Of a stretch of DNA of 64,000 nt, positions 18,072 to 26,236 are shown piece after piece. A model generated the notes under the pieces. It worked only from the letters and a program-made list of their open reading frames with translations. It did no database searches and was not told the DNA's origin. The stretch is taken from IMG/VR virus record IMGVR_UViG_3300042542_005523; one strand, written 5' to 3'. The position numbers and the translations under genes are program-made. Within the stretch, counting starts at the first letter, position 1. The number at the start of each line of letters is the position of its first letter. Source of the stretch: a virus (taxonomy: Duplodnaviria; Caudoviricetes).

Positions 18072-18878
18072 ATGAAAGAAATACTGCTAAAAGAGAAAGA
18101 TGAAATAGAGAAGAGACTTAAAGTGTTTAATGATGCTAATTTTATTTTTGACGAACCTTCACATACCTACACATACTCTGGTAAAAAATTCGATTCAGTT
18201 ACAACTTTCCTGAAGAATTTTAAAGAACCGTTCCAGAGGGATTATTGGGTAAGAGAAAAAGCAAGACAGAGAGGAGTTGACCCATCTGTCATAGAGAACG
18301 AGTGGAAGGAAAAAGCTGACAAATCTACTATTCTCGGTACAAACGTACATAAATGGATAGAGGATTTTTGGACTGGCCTTAATCCAGAAATGCCTGCACC
18401 AGGGGAGGAGATGGAGAGAGTTTTGAAGTTTAAGGAATTGTACGAGCAAAAATTAAAAGATCTAGTTCCACTGCCTTCTGAGCTAAAAATATTTTCTAAG
18501 AAATGGAGATTAGCTGGAACTATAGATCAGCCATTTCTAATGTGGGACGAGAAGAGAAATAAGATTTTAATTTTAATAGGCGACTGGAAAACAAACAAGG
18601 AATTTAAGCACGACGATCATCCAAAGGGAAGATATAAAAAATTGCTTAGACCTTTTCATACTCTTTACGAGAATCAGCATAATGAATATTCTATACAGCT
18701 TTCCATGTATAGACTGATACTAGAGGAAGCTATTGGTTTGGAGACCGAAAGCGGATTCCTAGTTCATATAGGACCAGATGGACCCGCTAGAATATTTCCA
18801 GCGAGAGATCTTCGAGCTCCTCTTAGAGCCTACCTAGATCAAAATAGAGCAGAGTCTGATATCTTCGATATTGAATAA
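18072..18878 (+). CDS. PD-(D/E)XK nuclease (Cas4/RecB-like)
   Basis: FDEPSHTY, GTNVHKWIE, ELKIFS..LAGTIDQ, IGDWKTN, QLSMY; ATG 18072 preferred over 17985. Confidence 0.8.
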   Translation: MKEILLKEKDEIEKRLKVFNDANFIFDEPSHTYTYSGKKFDSVTTFLKNFKEPFQRDYWVREKARQRGVDPSVIENEWKEKADKSTILGTNVHKWIEDFWTGLNPEMPAPGEEMERVLKFKELYEQKLKDLVPLPSELKIFSKKWRLAGTIDQPFLMWDEKRNKILILIGDWKTNKEFKHDDHPKGRYKKLLRPFHTLYENQHNEYSIQLSMYRLILEEAIGLETESGFLVHIGPDGPARIFPARDLRAPLRAYLDQNRAESDIFDIE

Positions 18879-18884
18879 AATAGT

Positions 18885-18912
18885 GAAACTTATTACTAAA
18901 AAGAAGTATAAA
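18885..18912 (+). promoter_or_regulatory. Middle-type promoter GAAACT-N16-TATAAA
   Basis: Intergenic; member of recurrent class. Confidence 0.55.
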
Positions 18913-18928
18913 TTAAAAAAATAACAAA

Positions 18929-19465
18929 ATGGCTAGACAAAAGGAAAAAAACGAAGAATTGAATTTAGCATCCCCAGCTAATTTAGATAGATTACCGGGT
19001 GAGATTGAAACTATGGAATTTGGGGGTATGCATATTTCGGTTGATGAAGAAAAAGTTCAAAGAATTGAAAAAGAACTAGAGGAAAAAATAGAGGAGTCCA
19101 GAAAAAAAGTATATGCTGTTTCTATGGATACCGAAGCATTCCAAGCTTTTAAAAAATACATAACCGAGAGTGCTGAATGGAGCTCCACCGAGTCTATTGG
19201 TATTGTAGAGATTAGCAAATCTATCTCTAAGATTGAAAAAGAAGGAATTAAAGACAACATGGTTTATATGAGCTCTTTGACTCTTGAGGCTAGTCACTAT
19301 TTCATTTCTAAGTCAAGAGGTAAAGGACTAGATGAAGCAAAGAACTTCATTAAGCTATACAAGCCTATTGATATTGCATTAAATGATGTAAAAGAGGACA
19401 ATAGAAATATCGAGGAGATTAGAAAAAGATTAAACGCAGCTCAACAAGGTATAGAGCTAGTGTAA
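18929..19465 (+). CDS. Hypothetical helical protein
   Basis: 178-aa ORF with A-rich leader. Confidence 0.7.
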   Translation: MARQKEKNEELNLASPANLDRLPGEIETMEFGGMHISVDEEKVQRIEKELEEKIEESRKKVYAVSMDTEAFQAFKKYITESAEWSSTESIGIVEISKSISKIEKEGIKDNMVYMSSLTLEASHYFISKSRGKGLDEAKNFIKLYKPIDIALNDVKEDNRNIEEIRKRLNAAQQGIELV

Positions 19466-19486
19466 TTAATTTTTAAATAGCATCTA

Positions 19487-19516
19487 AAAAAGCCGGGTTT
19501 CCGGCTTTTTCTTTTT
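19487..19516 (+). terminator. Intrinsic terminator
   Basis: AAAAAGCCGG-gttt-CCGGCTTTTT followed by T run. Confidence 0.85.
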
Positions 19517-19530
19517 CCAAAATAATATTA

Positions 19531-19539
19531 GATAAATAC
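19531..19539 (+). promoter_or_regulatory. Late-type promoter GATAAATAC
   Basis: Between terminator and membrane-protein pair. Confidence 0.55.
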
Positions 19540-19570
19540 TTAGTACTTTAAAACAATAAAACAATAAAAC

Positions 19571-19864
19571 ATGAAAACATTAGAAAAAATTAAGGAATAT
19601 TCCTGGGCAATTACCCTTTTCTTACTTTTAGTTGTATTTTTAAAACAATGTGGAGTAAACAGAGAGGTTGATAGAATAGATAAAGAGATTAAGAAAATAA
19701 CACAATCCACCGATTCTATACAAGAGTCACTTATAACTAAGGATCAGATGGATAATGCTCTTAAGCAGAATATGTTCAATTTTCTTATTTACGAAGACGA
19801 TTTCGATAAAGGAAAAACCTCTTTGTCTGATATAAAATCCAAGATAGAAAATTCTAATAAGTAA
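19571..19864 (+). CDS. Small membrane-anchored coiled-coil protein
   Basis: N-terminal hydrophobic WAITLFLLLVVFL followed by KQC and a coiled-coil. Confidence 0.7.
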   Translation: MKTLEKIKEYSWAITLFLLLVVFLKQCGVNREVDRIDKEIKKITQSTDSIQESLITKDQMDNALKQNMFNFLIYEDDFDKGKTSLSDIKSKIENSNK

Positions 19865-19868
19865 TCGT

Positions 19869-20627
19869 ATGGAGAAAGGATGGCTAAAATACTTTATAAT
19901 AGGAACTTTTGTTTCCCTTTACCTTGTAGTGTCCGTAATCTCTACGATACACGTTATTCAATTCTTTGATCTTACAAATCCAAAGTGGCTTTCAGTGTCA
20001 CTTGCTATAGCTTTTGAACTCGGTGCAGCTGCTTCCCTTGCTTCCCTTATAGCTCTAGATAAGATGAATAAATTCCTAGTTTGGATACTTTTTATAACGC
20101 TTACTGCTATGCAAGCCATGGGAAATACCTACTATGCATATACAAACATACAGGATTTCCAGGGATGGAGCGAGCTATTTGGCTTAATAGAAGAGGATAT
20201 TATATTTCAAAAACGTATATTGTCGATAATCAGCGGTGCAATACTGCCTCTTGTAGCTCTGGGCTTTATAAAATCTCTAGTTGATTACATAAAGCCAGAG
20301 GATCCGGAGCAGATATTGAAACCCGACCCGATCGTGGAAGAAGATGATGCTTTACCTAGTGAGGAACTAGAGATCGTGGCATCTGGCGATAAACCTGAGG
20401 TTCCTTTGGAAAATAATGTAGATGTTATAAGTATATCTGAGATGAAAGAGGAGGATCCTGCTATCAAAATTGAGGAAGCTAGTGATCTACCAGATTTGCA
20501 GTATGTAAACGTTGGACAGGAACATGCTGAAGCTAACAATCAGAATTTACCACAGACTTTCAACGAAATAAAGAACGCTAACTCCAACAGGAAATCACTG
20601 AAGCAAGGCGTTCCACCTTTCATATAA
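19869..20627 (+). CDS. Multi-pass membrane protein with acidic C-terminus
   Basis: About four hydrophobic segments in the first 140 aa. Confidence 0.7.
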   Translation: MEKGWLKYFIIGTFVSLYLVVSVISTIHVIQFFDLTNPKWLSVSLAIAFELGAAASLASLIALDKMNKFLVWILFITLTAMQAMGNTYYAYTNIQDFQGWSELFGLIEEDIIFQKRILSIISGAILPLVALGFIKSLVDYIKPEDPEQILKPDPIVEEDDALPSEELEIVASGDKPEVPLENNVDVISISEMKEEDPAIKIEEASDLPDLQYVNVGQEHAEANNQNLPQTFNEIKNANSNRKSLKQGVPPFI

Positions 20628-20628
20628 G

Positions 20629-20637
20629 GATAAATAA
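20629..20637 (+). promoter_or_regulatory. Late-type promoter GATAAATAA
   Basis: Upstream of ATG 20649. Confidence 0.5.
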
Positions 20638-20648
20638 AAGAATAAGAA

Positions 20649-21338
20649 ATGGCAGATTACCCACAGATCCAACAGGAGTCAAATAACTTAAATTACGACG
20701 GAGGAGGTAGTACAGGCGGTACATATACCCAAACTGTACAGGGTGGATCTACTAGTGCGCCAGTTTTCACACCTGGTGCTTGTACTTTTACTGCTAGATA
20801 CACTAACGTTGCTCGAACAAGGGAAGCATTACCGCTGATAGATTGGACGTTTAAGTATAAGAACCAACCTGCTTTTTTTAAATACTTCAAGTCCTCTTTT
20901 AATGTGTGCCTGCAGTCAAATGTGATGGATACTCTGAGCTTAGCTTCTTTTTTTCATCCTTTTCTTTCTTTCTCTAGTTACCAAAAGCAAACATTTGTAA
21001 TAGCTCCGGATACTTCAATCGATGTAGATACTGGTAATTTTGCCAACACATTAAACGAGGTTAGCTTTATATTGGCAAGAGCTTATTATCTACCGACACA
21101 AAAGGGAGCTGCTAGAGTATTATTTTGGGACTACGACGGAAACACTAGATACCCGATGGGTGAAATAATGGTTTTAACCGGCGCTGTAAAAGAGGATCAG
21201 AATTGGAAGGGGTGGAATATAAGTTCTTTCTCTAATATAGGTCACACAGGTCCTGTATCCAATCCTAGTTTGGGTGGCATCACCTTTACAAACCCAACCG
21301 AATCGCCAGTTAAACTGGTAGTAATAACAGCAAACTAA
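20649..21338 (+). CDS. Putative virion protein, paralog A
   Basis: Late promoter; C-half aligns by eye with next gene (FILARAYY..FWDY..MGEIMVLTG..GWN..GGITFTNP). Confidence 0.55.
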   Translation: MADYPQIQQESNNLNYDGGGSTGGTYTQTVQGGSTSAPVFTPGACTFTARYTNVARTREALPLIDWTFKYKNQPAFFKYFKSSFNVCLQSNVMDTLSLASFFHPFLSFSSYQKQTFVIAPDTSIDVDTGNFANTLNEVSFILARAYYLPTQKGAARVLFWDYDGNTRYPMGEIMVLTGAVKEDQNWKGWNISSFSNIGHTGPVSNPSLGGITFTNPTESPVKLVVITAN

Positions 21339-21339
21339 T

Positions 21340-21825
21340 ATGGCAACAAGACCCGTTATATGTCCCTATATAGAACCAGAGGGATTGAAATTCGAAAGAA
21401 CTAACCTGGTTATAGATTCAAACAGCATGATGAATCCTCAAATAGTGCTTATGTTAGAGGATTTGTTATTTGATGTTCCTGCATATTCAAAATCCACAAT
21501 AAATCTTAGAGCTGAATCCTGCGCACTGATAAGCCAGTCGGACATAGCGGATCCTGGAGGGTACGTTAGCTTTATAGCTATTAAAGCAGTATACCCAGCT
21601 GGGACTTTAGAAAAAGACAAGTTCATTACATGGGAGTACAGGGGCAATGAATATTTTATGGGCGAACTTACTGTATTGAGCGGTGTTAATATCACAACTT
21701 TTGATTCTGAGCAATATGGATGGAATCTGGCTAAACCTGGACCAGTATACCAGGACGGAGGCATAACGGTGTGTAATCCCCACTTAGATAAAAGGGTAAT
21801 TTTAGAGATATTGGTTTGCAGATAA
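21340..21825 (+). CDS. Putative virion protein, paralog B
   Basis: FIAIKAVY..TWEY..MGELTVLSG..GWN..GGITVCNP. Confidence 0.55.
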   Translation: MATRPVICPYIEPEGLKFERTNLVIDSNSMMNPQIVLMLEDLLFDVPAYSKSTINLRAESCALISQSDIADPGGYVSFIAIKAVYPAGTLEKDKFITWEYRGNEYFMGELTVLSGVNITTFDSEQYGWNLAKPGPVYQDGGITVCNPHLDKRVILEILVCR

Positions 21826-21826
21826 T

Positions 21827-21865
21827 GATATATAGACCAAAAAGTACTCTGAAAAAGATATATAG
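21827..21865 (+). promoter_or_regulatory. Tandem late-type promoters GATATATAG (21827 and 21857)
   Basis: Two exact copies 30 bp apart upstream of ATG 21888. Confidence 0.7.
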
Positions 21866-21887
21866 AATACAAAAAAATTATTAACTC

Positions 21888-24482
21888 ATGGACTTCATTA
21901 ACAAAGTACAAAAATTAAAAGAAACTACTACCTCACCGGAGGTTAAATCTCTGTGTGAGAACTTCTTAAACGAGGCATCAAATAAAAATACCCTTATAGA
22001 GGGACTTAAAAATTCCAATGATGTTGAGGTTTCTGGTTTCTTAAGAGAAAATACATCAAACATCTGGAATGATTTCAGAAATCAAGAAATGGAAGCTTCC
22101 AAAAGAGCAGCTTCTTCACTTTTGGAATCTTGGAGCCAGAATACATCTAAAGGAGATAATTCCGGAACTTGGATTACGCCTTCTAAAGAAAAATCAGGTG
22201 ATAAAGAGATGAGTTCTTTAAACGAGTCCCTTTCTCACATAAAAGGTGATAAATCTGTTAATTCTTTTTTAACTTCTGAGTCTATTAAAAATCTAGGTGT
22301 TCTTGAGTCTGTTAAGTCTCTTCTTAGTTCACCTGTTGCCGAGCACATGAAGGCTAAGATCATGTTAGAGAATTATAAAAATATCCTTGTTAATAAGAAT
22401 ATCCCAGAGTATGCAGTTATTGAAAATTTTGTTAATGATTTAAGCCAATTGACATGGGATGCTAAATCTAAGGAGGTCTTTGAATCACTTCTAGGTAAAG
22501 CTAATACTTACAACAGAGAGATATACGTTTCTAAAGTGATAGATTCTATTAAGGGATCTGGATCTAGAGAATTTTACTCTGATCTTTATGAGTGTTTAAA
22601 TGAGTGGATGGTATCTAAAGACAAGTCAAACGGTCTCCTAGTTAATCAAATCTCTAAATATTCTTTCAATCCTGTAGTTAAAAACCTTATAAACTATTTG
22701 AATCTTAACGAAAGTCGAAAAGATTCAAGCAGACTTTCTATCCCTGAAACTAATCAAGGTGAATCATACGTAGAGAGAGCTTATTCCGCAATGGCAACTA
22801 ATGAGGATCAAAATTTCGCATTTGGCCTTGGTGGATTTATTTTCGAAGCAACAGAGAATGGCGTACAGAGAATAGACGCTAAGACTGCAGCTTCTTCATA
22901 CGGTAATACATTTGTTAATCTATTGGGAATTACTTCTAGACCCGATGTTAAGATAAATGAAGCGGGTGTTCATTTCTCAATCGGCAAGAAGGTAGTTAGT
23001 ATAACAGAAGGAACGGAGAATAATCCTAATGTATTTGTTGGTAGAAATAAATTAGCTTTCTCTAATGTTAACGAAATGGCTAAGATAATAGGATTGGAAG
23101 TATCCTCTTATATGGGATATAATGATATGTCTCTTGTAAAAGATATAGCTACCGTTTATGAAAATTACAATTCTTTCGTGGAGCTTGATTTTGCTAAGTC
23201 GATCGTATCTAGAATTTACGAGGGACTTTCTGTTAATCTGTTCAAATGGAACGATAAGATCTACCTTCAAAGAATAAATGAAGCTATGAGAGAGAATTCA
23301 ATATTCTCTGTTAATAGCATGCAAGCTGTTAAGTTAGTAAAAGACACATTAAGATATGATATTTCTGAAGGTCTAAGCGAATTCTTGGTTGGTGAATTAA
23401 GAACTAAATCGGTTCTTCTAAATGACAGATCTAGTCTTCTTGAAAACATACAAAATGTTGAGGAACAGTTGGCCAAAGTTCAATCCTTGATAGAAAATCC
23501 TAACTACTCGCATTCGTCTGAGCTTAAAGAAGCAGAGAAAATGCTAAAAAGGGAATTGAAGGTTTTAAGAAATAAATGGGCTAGCATCAACGAGGAGATC
23601 GAGAAAATTGAAAATGTTGATTTAGATCCTAGCATGTACCTTATAGAGGATGCTAAATTTAATATAGGAGACTATGTTAAAATAAAAGAATCAGGAGAAA
23701 CCGGTAAAATCGTTTCAATAGACGGTACTTCGGGAAGATATACAATTTTAACCGATGCGGGTAGAACAGAGGATCATAGAGTAAATGATATTCAAGATTT
23801 AGAGGAAGCTATGTCAGATGCAGCAGAAAAAAATGCTGAAAAGACAAGTGATTTCGATAAAGACTATTTCGACAATGATCCTGCTAGTGATATAGAAAGT
23901 GACGAGTCTGAAGAAGAGGATGGCACCGAGGAAGTAAAGGAATCAAATACTACTTTATCTAAAGCACCTACGAGAACTAAAAATGTTAAAGAAAAGCAAT
24001 CACAGCCAACATATGCTAAAGCTCCTAGATCTAAGGATCAGGAGAAACCAATGGCTCACGACCTAAAGAATCCTAAAGCTGCCCATTATGCGGAAGGAAT
24101 TAAAGGACAAAAGCCAACAGATTTCGATGTTGCTGGATATGCTATTGGTTATAATATCGACGAAGCTAGCGAAGTAGAAGATAGATCTCAAGGATTAGCA
24201 GAAGCTCCTAATTTCGGTAAAATTGAGAGAACGCACGATAAAAATGCTTTAGCTGGTATGGCACAGAAACACGGATATGCGAAAGCTCCAGGAAGCAATG
24301 ACAAAATAGATCTTTCACTGGATTTGCTGCATGGATATAGAAAGGTAGAAGAAGGAGTGGCTACTAAATCGGGCCCAAATACTGCTACCTCTAGAAGCAA
24401 GCACAGAGATGCTATAGACTTTGGAGTAAATGACAAGCTCAGATATAACTTAGAAGAATCTGAATTGCAAAAAAAAAAGTAA
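21888..24482 (+). CDS. Large putative prohead core/internal head protein
   Basis: 864 aa, late promoters, many [LIV]xE-[SA] sites (FLNEAS, LRENT, LLES, LNES, VKES, LEES), KOW-like FNIGDYVKIKESGETGKIV, KAP repeats at C-terminus. Confidence 0.6.
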   Translation: MDFINKVQKLKETTTSPEVKSLCENFLNEASNKNTLIEGLKNSNDVEVSGFLRENTSNIWNDFRNQEMEASKRAASSLLESWSQNTSKGDNSGTWITPSKEKSGDKEMSSLNESLSHIKGDKSVNSFLTSESIKNLGVLESVKSLLSSPVAEHMKAKIMLENYKNILVNKNIPEYAVIENFVNDLSQLTWDAKSKEVFESLLGKANTYNREIYVSKVIDSIKGSGSREFYSDLYECLNEWMVSKDKSNGLLVNQISKYSFNPVVKNLINYLNLNESRKDSSRLSIPETNQGESYVERAYSAMATNEDQNFAFGLGGFIFEATENGVQRIDAKTAASSYGNTFVNLLGITSRPDVKINEAGVHFSIGKKVVSITEGTENNPNVFVGRNKLAFSNVNEMAKIIGLEVSSYMGYNDMSLVKDIATVYENYNSFVELDFAKSIVSRIYEGLSVNLFKWNDKIYLQRINEAMRENSIFSVNSMQAVKLVKDTLRYDISEGLSEFLVGELRTKSVLLNDRSSLLENIQNVEEQLAKVQSLIENPNYSHSSELKEAEKMLKRELKVLRNKWASINEEIEKIENVDLDPSMYLIEDAKFNIGDYVKIKESGETGKIVSIDGTSGRYTILTDAGRTEDHRVNDIQDLEEAMSDAAEKNAEKTSDFDKDYFDNDPASDIESDESEEEDGTEEVKESNTTLSKAPTRTKNVKEKQSQPTYAKAPRSKDQEKPMAHDLKNPKAAHYAEGIKGQKPTDFDVAGYAIGYNIDEASEVEDRSQGLAEAPNFGKIERTHDKNALAGMAQKHGYAKAPGSNDKIDLSLDLLHGYRKVEEGVATKSGPNTATSRSKHRDAIDFGVNDKLRYNLEESELQKKK

Positions 24483-24640
24483 GTCGTAACTATTATTTTG
24501 CTCCTGAGAATCCAGAACAAAATAAATCAGGTAAGCCTTTCGTAGATTCTCTAAAGGGAAAGTTCGCAAAGGCTCCAACTAAGCCGATAAACAAACACGT
24601 AGAGGACAGCGAGGAAGACGAGGCCGAAACAAACAAGTAA
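24479..24640 (+). CDS. -1 frame continuation (53 aa) of the 864-aa head protein
   Basis: Open frame VSRNYYFAPENPEQNKSGKPFVDSLKGKFAKAPTKPINKHVEDSEEDEAETNK* begins at the A10G run; no start codon of its own; shares the KAP motif. Confidence 0.6.
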   Translation, partial: VSRNYYFAPENPEQNKSGKPFVDSLKGKFAKAPTKPINKHVEDSEEDEAETNK

Positions 24641-24688
24641 AAGCTTAATATAAAGATAAATTCTAAAATTTAAGCACAAAGATAAAAT

Positions 24689-24724
24689 ATCCCCTGTTTC
24701 TAATAAGAATGGGGGATTTTTTTT
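24689..24724 (+). terminator. Probable intrinsic terminator
   Basis: ATCCCC...GGGGAT stem followed by T8; lies after the -1 frame stop. Confidence 0.55.
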
Positions 24725-24745
24725 GCACATAAAAAACCCCGCAGA

Positions 24746-25105
24746 ATGGCAAAAGTTTATGTTAAAAACAGTGAGCTCCTTAGAGCCGTATCCGAATCTA
24801 AAGAGAAGGGTCAGCTAACAAGAGAGACAATCGATATGTTTACCCTCATGATAGAAGGTATTTCTAAGAAGATGGCTTACAAGGATCCTGACGATAAGGA
24901 CGATTGTATGGCTTTTGCCATGGAGGATCTTTGCAAATATTGGAATAGATTTGACCCTGCTAAATCTAACAATCCATTTGCCTACTTCACTCAGGTTGCA
25001 AAGAATGGATTTGCTAAGGGATGGAAGAAATTACACCCGCCAAAGAATCCTAAAACTATACCCTTCAGTTATATAACAGGGGAGGATAATAGTTACAACG
25101 TTTAA
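24746..25105 (+). CDS. gp55: T4 gp55-like late sigma factor (short)
   Basis: YVKNSELL, DDCMAFAMEDLCKYWNRFDPAKSNNPFAYFTQVAKN. Confidence 0.8.
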   Translation: MAKVYVKNSELLRAVSESKEKGQLTRETIDMFTLMIEGISKKMAYKDPDDKDDCMAFAMEDLCKYWNRFDPAKSNNPFAYFTQVAKNGFAKGWKKLHPPKNPKTIPFSYITGEDNSYNV

Positions 25106-25106
25106 T

Positions 25107-25592
25107 ATGTCCATAAAAAAGGTTAAACCTAACGGAAAACACAAACATGGGCTTTATAGTCCACAGAATCCCGATAAGTACATAGGTGATATACATAATA
25201 TCATTTATAGATCTTCGTGGGAGCAGAGATTCTGTGCATATTGCGATAGAAACGAAAGGATAGTTAAATGGAGCTCTGAACCTCTTTTTATAGATTACTG
25301 GAATCCATTAGATAAGAAAATGCACAAATACTATGTGGATTTTTACATAAAGACTCTAAAAGAAGACGACACCTATCAGGAGTGGATAATAGAGGTTAAG
25401 CCAGAGTCACAAACTCAAAAGCCGATATACGAGGGTAAAAATATGACTCTTAAAAAACTAGAGAGCTATAACTATAATATGAAAATATGGATAACAAATC
25501 AGGCAAAATTTAAAGCTGCTAAAGAATGGGCTATCCAAAGAGGTTTTAGATTTGGCGTAGTTGACGAGAAATTTCTTTTTAATAGTAAATGA
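25107..25592 (+). CDS. gp4: Head completion nuclease (T4 gp4-like, TnsA-like fold)
   Basis: IYRSSWEQRFC.YCD, KWSSE, KYYVDF, IEVKP, NQAKFKAAKEW. Confidence 0.85.
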   Translation: MSIKKVKPNGKHKHGLYSPQNPDKYIGDIHNIIYRSSWEQRFCAYCDRNERIVKWSSEPLFIDYWNPLDKKMHKYYVDFYIKTLKEDDTYQEWIIEVKPESQTQKPIYEGKNMTLKKLESYNYNMKIWITNQAKFKAAKEWAIQRGFRFGVVDEKFLFNSK

Positions 25593-26233
25593 GCTTTTCT
25601 GAAAAAATAAAATCATACAAGGACGGATTCATATCCCAATCTGAGACTGTTTCTAAAACTGACGAGTATTTTATAAGCTCCTATATAAAGTTATCGAACA
25701 GGGATTTTCGACCTGAAAAGTTCGACGGCCAATTTCTTCCCGGTAAGATCTATATTTTTAGATATAATCCTAAGCAGAAACCCGATGACGGTAAAAAAAA
25801 GGAGAAGGAGTTCATAAACAGACTACCGATAGTTTTAGCTTTTGATGTTAAGAAATCAAAAGATCTAAACAACATCCTATATGGATCGGATTTAATAGCT
25901 ACCCCACCTGATGAAAGAGTTAAGATATTGGAGAGGGTCTATGATTTTTCAGAGAGCATAATAGATTCTAATAAAAAATCGGGAAGCCAATCTCCCGTGA
26001 ACCTAAGTGGTGATAATGTAAAGTCTTTATTGAAAGGTACTGGGTATATTGGAAGCACTAAAGGATTCGATATTTCATCAATGTCTGAAGTCTATGTTAT
26101 AGGCTATGATGATTGGAAAAAAATACCATATCTTAGTGTAGCCCTTCTTCAAGGGTCTTCTCCGATTGAGATATATAATTCCTATAGATCGAAATTAAAA
26201 GATAATTCTGGTCTAGAAAATAAAAATAAGTAG
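25589..26233 (+). CDS. DNA end protector-like protein (T4 gp2-like)
   Basis: PGKIYIFRYNPK, RLPIVL; follows gp4 as in T4-like genomes. Confidence 0.55.
   Translation: MSFSEKIKSYKDGFISQSETVSKTDEYFISSYIKLSNRDFRPEKFDGQFLPGKIYIFRYNPKQKPDDGKKKEKEFINRLPIVLAFDVKKSKDLNNILYGSDLIATPPDERVKILERVYDFSESIIDSNKKSGSQSPVNLSGDNVKSLLKGTGYIGSTKGFDISSMSEVYVIGYDDWKKIPYLSVALLQGSSPIEIYNSYRSKLKDNSGLENKNK
26170..26178 (+). promoter_or_regulatory. Candidate late promoter GATATATAA for portal genes (within end of upstream CDS)
   Basis: Motif match about 59 nt upstream of ATG 26237. Confidence 0.4.
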
Positions 26234-26236
26234 TGA

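Noticed and set aside
18072-18878. Cas4-like nuclease as sign of a CRISPR-Cas locus
   Set aside because: No array or other cas genes; stand-alone PD-(D/E)XK nucleases are common in phages
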